64,000 nucleotides of DNA, from assembly GCA_036489935.1 (NCBI GenBank), contig DASXEU010000089.1, positions 4,161 through 68,160 of the forward strand, written 5' to 3'. The notes under the pieces are model-generated. The model worked only from the letters and a program-made list of their open reading frames with translations, had not been told where the DNA came from and did not search any database. Of the stretch, positions 60,035 through 64,000 are shown piece by piece; position 1 is the first letter of the stretch, and each line of letters begins with the position of its first letter. Both the position numbers and the translations under genes were made by a program. This DNA is from Acidimicrobiales bacterium. Its GTDB lineage: Bacteria; Actinomycetota; Acidimicrobiia; Acidimicrobiales; RAAP-2.

Positions 60035-60801
60035 GTGAAATGCACGTCAGATAATTGGGCGCATGCCGTTAATAAATCATCCTGAAGTCCTGTGTCTCGG
60101 GCATCCGCGTTGGGCGTTTGGCGCTGACGATGGAAGAAGTACTCGCCCGACACCGTGGCTGACGGATCGTCGCTCACGGCGAGCCACACTTGCGTGGCCG
60201 AACCTTGCGAAAGATTGTCGGGAGCGCTGGGTCCGCCCATCTTCGTGGCGACCCAGCCCGGATCGAGCGCATTCGATAAGACGGTCGGCCAGTGTCGAGC
60301 CACAGCGAACGCGAGTATCACGTCAAAGAGTTTTGAGTCTGAATAGGCCTGCGCCCCGTTCCACCTCCGTTGCGTCCATTGCAGATCTGACAGGTCCGGC
60401 TCTCCGCCCTGGTGCATGCCCGAACTTAGGTAGACGAGGCGATTCGGCGGGTTGATGAGCGCAGTCAGAACGTAGGGAGCGAGCACGTTGATGGCAAAGA
60501 CGCGGCTGAGTCCGTCGTGCGTTTCACGTCGCGGTTCACGGTAGCCAACACCGACGTTGTGAATGACCGCGTCGAAGCGCCCCATTGCGTTGGCCTGTTC
60601 CGCAATGGATCTCATGCCGGAGAGGTCTGCGACGTCGCCAACCACCACACCCTCGGCATGAGGTACGCGCTCGCGCGTCTCGGCGGCGCGGTCTTCGTTC
60701 CGAGCATGCAGCGTGACCTGGTGGCCTTCGGCGATGAGCGATTGACTGGTCATGAGACCGAGGCCGTCGGTGGATCCGGTAATAAGGACTCGCGCCATCA
60801 C
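60031..60801 (-). CDS. SDR family oxidoreductase (retinol dehydrogenase/ketoreductase-like)
   Basis: TGSTDGLG, LSSGMH, YSDSK, PGWVATKMGG. Confidence 0.9.
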   Translation of the reverse strand: MMARVLITGSTDGLGLMTSQSLIAEGHQVTLHARNEDRAAETRERVPHAEGVVVGDVADLSGMRSIAEQANAMGRFDAVIHNVGVGYREPRRETHDGLSRVFAINVLAPYVLTALINPPNRLVYLSSGMHQGGEPDLSDLQWTQRRWNGAQAYSDSKLFDVILAFAVARHWPTVLSNALDPGWVATKMGGPSAPDNLSQGSATQVWLAVSDDPSATVSGEYFFHRQRQTPNADARDTGLQDDLLTACAQLSDVHFT

Positions 60802-61010
60802 GAACTCCCGTCTCGGGGAGCAGCGACTCCCTCACTCTGTTCGCTCACTTTACGGTCATACAGTGGGGTCGTCGTCACTTTGTCCACACGATCGATCTTG
60901 GCGGAGGACGAAACTCAGCGAATGTTGAGCTCTCTCAAGTTCCTGTTCAGGGTCACCTTTTGCTCACACATCCATCGAAACCGAATTACCTCGCCTTGTT
61001 ACTGTCAAGC

Positions 61011-62597
61011 GTGCATTTTTCTCGACGTTGCGTTTCGACACCGCAGTACGCCCTCATTCTGGTCACGCTATTGGCGCTGGCGGGTGGAACGCCGCTGTTC
61101 TCTGGGAGCCCCGCGGCGTTCGCAGCGACCACCTCGGCGGTCGTCGCGGCGCCGGGCACGAACTTGGTCCAGAACGGCGGCGCCGAAAGTGGGGGTCGAT
61201 CGGACACCGGTTGGGATGCCGTCACTATTCCAGGCTGGCAGATCGTGAGCGGACTCCCGTCCGTCATTGGCTACGGAACGAAGAGTTTCATTGCTTCGAG
61301 TGGCGAGCGACCACCGTCGAGCGGTCAGCAACTCTTCGTCGGCGGCGCAGGCGGCCCGGCGGTGTTGTCTCAGCGCGTCGCACTGCACGCGGCGGGAGAC
61401 TCCGAAATCGGCGGAGCGACGTTTAACCTCACGGCGGCGTTAGGGGGCCGAGATCGGCTGAGCGATGACTCGTCCGTCGAGGTGACGTTCGAGAATGCCC
61501 AGAACAAGCTGCTGACCAGCGCGTCACTGGCGCCGGTGACCGCGAGGGACCGTTCAAACACAACGGAGCTGCTCGATCGCTCGACCGAGGGCTCGGTACC
61601 GGCTGGCGCAACGAGCGCGCTCGTCGAGCTCCGACTGACGACGTTGGCGACCGACTACAACGGGCCGAACGGCAGCACCGTCGGCTTCAACTACGCCTAC
61701 GCCGACGACATCTCGCTCAGCCTCTCTGTACCGGCGACCGCGCCGCCGTCACTTCGGCCACCTACCGCGACGATTCCGCACTTCGACCACGTGTTTCTCA
61801 TCTACTTGGAAAACCAGGACTACAAATCCGTCATTGGCAATGTGAAGGAGGCTCCCTTTGTCAATAGCCTCCTGCCGAAGTCGAGCCTCCTCGCCAACCT
61901 CTTCGCCGAGGAGCATCCGAGCGATGGCAACTACCTCTCCTTTGCCGGAGGAACCGAGTATGACGCTCCGGCGGATGATCCCGCGGAAGAGAACTCGCAG
62001 TACACCATTGATGCGAAGAACATTGGCGACCTCGTTGACAGTGCGCATGAGAGCTGGAAGGAATATCTCCAGAGCGCGGACGGGCCGTGCGACAACACGG
62101 TGCACGACTACTACTGGGACGACGACCTCCCAATGATGTACTTCAAAGACGTGCGGGATCGGCCGGGCTACTGCAGCGCGCACATCGTGCCGCTCAATCA
62201 GTACTCGATCGATCTGAAGAAGGCGTCGACAACGCCCAGCTTCGCCTGGATTGGAGCAAACGACTGTGACGACATGGAAGGTTGCGGCATTAAGGCAGGA
62301 GACTCCTTCTTGAGGACGGTGGCGACCGAGTTCTTCAATTCGCCAGCTTGGAAGACTCAGCCGTCACTCTTCATCATCACCTGGGACGAAGATGGCCAGG
62401 ACTCCCAGCATCCCGCGCAACGAGTTCCGACCATCGTCATCGGTTCGCAGTACGTAAAGAAGGGCTTCGTGTCGACGGTGCGCTACACGCACTACAGCCT
62501 GCTTCGAACGACCGAAGCCGCGCTCGGCCTCGGGACGCTGACCAAGAATGACGAGTACGCCACTCCGCTCAACGACATCTTCGAAGGTGGGCGCTAA
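61011..62597 (+). CDS. Secreted phosphoesterase (AcpA/SapM/PLC superfamily) with N-terminal jelly-roll-like domain
   Basis: Signal peptide; NLVQNGGAESG...PGW...YADDISL domain; FDHVF..YLEN, HPSDGNY, ITWDE, YTHYSLLRT.E; TACTGT-N5-GTG at 61011. Confidence 0.85.
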   Translation: MHFSRRCVSTPQYALILVTLLALAGGTPLFSGSPAAFAATTSAVVAAPGTNLVQNGGAESGGRSDTGWDAVTIPGWQIVSGLPSVIGYGTKSFIASSGERPPSSGQQLFVGGAGGPAVLSQRVALHAAGDSEIGGATFNLTAALGGRDRLSDDSSVEVTFENAQNKLLTSASLAPVTARDRSNTTELLDRSTEGSVPAGATSALVELRLTTLATDYNGPNGSTVGFNYAYADDISLSLSVPATAPPSLRPPTATIPHFDHVFLIYLENQDYKSVIGNVKEAPFVNSLLPKSSLLANLFAEEHPSDGNYLSFAGGTEYDAPADDPAEENSQYTIDAKNIGDLVDSAHESWKEYLQSADGPCDNTVHDYYWDDDLPMMYFKDVRDRPGYCSAHIVPLNQYSIDLKKASTTPSFAWIGANDCDDMEGCGIKAGDSFLRTVATEFFNSPAWKTQPSLFIITWDEDGQDSQHPAQRVPTIVIGSQYVKKGFVSTVRYTHYSLLRTTEAALGLGTLTKNDEYATPLNDIFEGGR

Positions 62598-63727
62598 TGG
62601 CCATCACCCGTGTCCTGCACCGCACGTCGTCCTTGGTCGCCTTGGCGACGCTCGCTGTAGTGGGCGGACTCGGACTTGCCGTCTCTGCGAACGCTTCTCC
62701 CTCGAAGCCCGTCATCGCCTACGTCGTCAACTCAGCGACCGACACGGTGACGCCGGTCGATATCACGACGAGCAAGACGTCTGCAGGGATTCGTGTTGGC
62801 GAGGATCCCCAGGCGTTGGCCGCGGCGCCCGACGGCGCGACGTTGTACGTCGCGGATGCGGGCTCCGCATCCGTAACGCCCATCGATCTGCGCAGTGATC
62901 GGGCTGAAGCCGCGATGCACGTCGGTGAAGATCCCCAAGCGCTTGCAGTCGCCCCGAGTGGGAAGACCCTTCTCGTTGCCAACGCCGTGTCCAACACCGT
63001 GACGGCACTGTCATTGACGTCCTCTCACGGTTCGACGACTGTCGACGTCGGAGGACATCCCCAAGAGATTCTCTTTGGCACCGGCGGGCATTACGCCTAT
63101 GTCCTCGATTGGAGTTCGAACGAGATCACCCCGATATCGATGGCGACACTGAAAGCTGCCCGACCCATACCAGTTGGCTCCTATCCAGAAGCGATGGCAT
63201 TGAGCCCGAATGGCAAGATGCTCTACGTCGCGAACTTTGGTTCCAATACCGTGACGCCCATCGACACGTCGACCAACACTGCGGGACGCCCTATTGCCGT
63301 CGGTCAAGCGCCGAACGACATCGCCTTCACGCCGAACGGGGAGACTGCGTACGTCTCAAATGGAGATTCAGACACGGTGACACCCATCAACGTGGCAACA
63401 GGGCGCGCCGATGCAGCCGTGAAGGCTGGCTCTTCGCCCGTCGCGATCGCAGTGTCGCCAAACGGTAAGACGGCCTACGCCGTGAACAGCGTCTCGGGCA
63501 CGCTGACGCCCATCTCGACGGCCGACAACAAGGCAGGAAAAGCCGTCAGCGTCGGGGAGTATTCGTATCCGCTCGCAATCACCATGGTGCCGTCTGCGGG
63601 CGTCGCGGAGGTCGTTGATACCTACTCGGGTCAGGTGAGCGCACTCAATCTAAAGACCGGTCGAGTGCGAGCGCCACTCACGATCGGTGACACTGCGTTT
63701 CCTCTCACCCTCGTGGTGGCGCCGTAG
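62597..63727 (+). CDS. Secreted YVTN/YncE beta-propeller protein
   Basis: Signal peptide plus seven to eight repeats of about 42 aa, YV.N..S.TVTPID......I.VG..P..IA..P.G; TAATG coupling. Confidence 0.9.
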   Translation: MAITRVLHRTSSLVALATLAVVGGLGLAVSANASPSKPVIAYVVNSATDTVTPVDITTSKTSAGIRVGEDPQALAAAPDGATLYVADAGSASVTPIDLRSDRAEAAMHVGEDPQALAVAPSGKTLLVANAVSNTVTALSLTSSHGSTTVDVGGHPQEILFGTGGHYAYVLDWSSNEITPISMATLKAARPIPVGSYPEAMALSPNGKMLYVANFGSNTVTPIDTSTNTAGRPIAVGQAPNDIAFTPNGETAYVSNGDSDTVTPINVATGRADAAVKAGSSPVAIAVSPNGKTAYAVNSVSGTLTPISTADNKAGKAVSVGEYSYPLAITMVPSAGVAEVVDTYSGQVSALNLKTGRVRAPLTIGDTAFPLTLVVAP

Positions 63728-64000
63728 ATCTGAAAAGAGCTACGCGAACGGCTCGACGTCTACGAGTGTGCGGAGCACCGCTACTGCGCCGGATGCGGTG
63801 CCGTCTGCATGAACTCGAGCGCTTCATGACCAATGTCCTCTGACTCCACAGCATCCATGGTTGCCTCCCTCGACGGATCTTCCGCGAAGGCACCATCACG
63901 CAAAGGGCTCTGATGAAGAATCTCGAGTTCGCCATTCCTCTATGCGGCGTGGCTCGTTCCCGACTGCACGGCAAGCGCGAGTTGGCATTGCTTATTGCTC

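Noticed and set aside
62700-63700. Repeated DNA motifs as a repeat array
   Set aside because: Explained by the coding repeats of the beta-propeller blades

Overview
GC-rich, gene-dense chromosomal window, most consistent with an actinobacterium (probably Acidimicrobiia; inferred from gene content and many leaderless TANNNT-N5-7-start promoters). About 63 CDSs are supported. I found no rRNA, tRNA, CRISPR array, integrase or transposase. Main blocks: plsC-like fragment, hbd, ppa; sulfate ABC cysTWA without a binding-protein gene; a MarR-divergent dienelactone hydrolase/small conserved protein/MFS operon; a neocarzinostatin-apoprotein-like gene; a lone receiver with Asp->Asn; a GltD-like flavoprotein plus 2-oxoacid:ferredoxin oxidoreductase alpha/beta operon; lepB; cfa; a convergent SPFH/NfeD pair; putA; PucR; asparaginase; a 10-gene IclR-linked sugar uptake and non-phosphorylative catabolism cluster with a shared operator; a class III aminotransferase; a small pseudogene; five DHA2 MFS pumps; and a secreted phosphoesterase plus YVTN beta-propeller pair. 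The best candidates for undescribed biology are the sugar catabolic cluster of unknown substrate, the hydrolase/Cys2-His3 small protein/MFS module, and the phosphoesterase with His->acidic substitutions and its propeller partner. Smaller oddities are a 10-bp-phased CACGTG array and a putative leaderless ATA start. All family calls come from motif recognition, not database searches.
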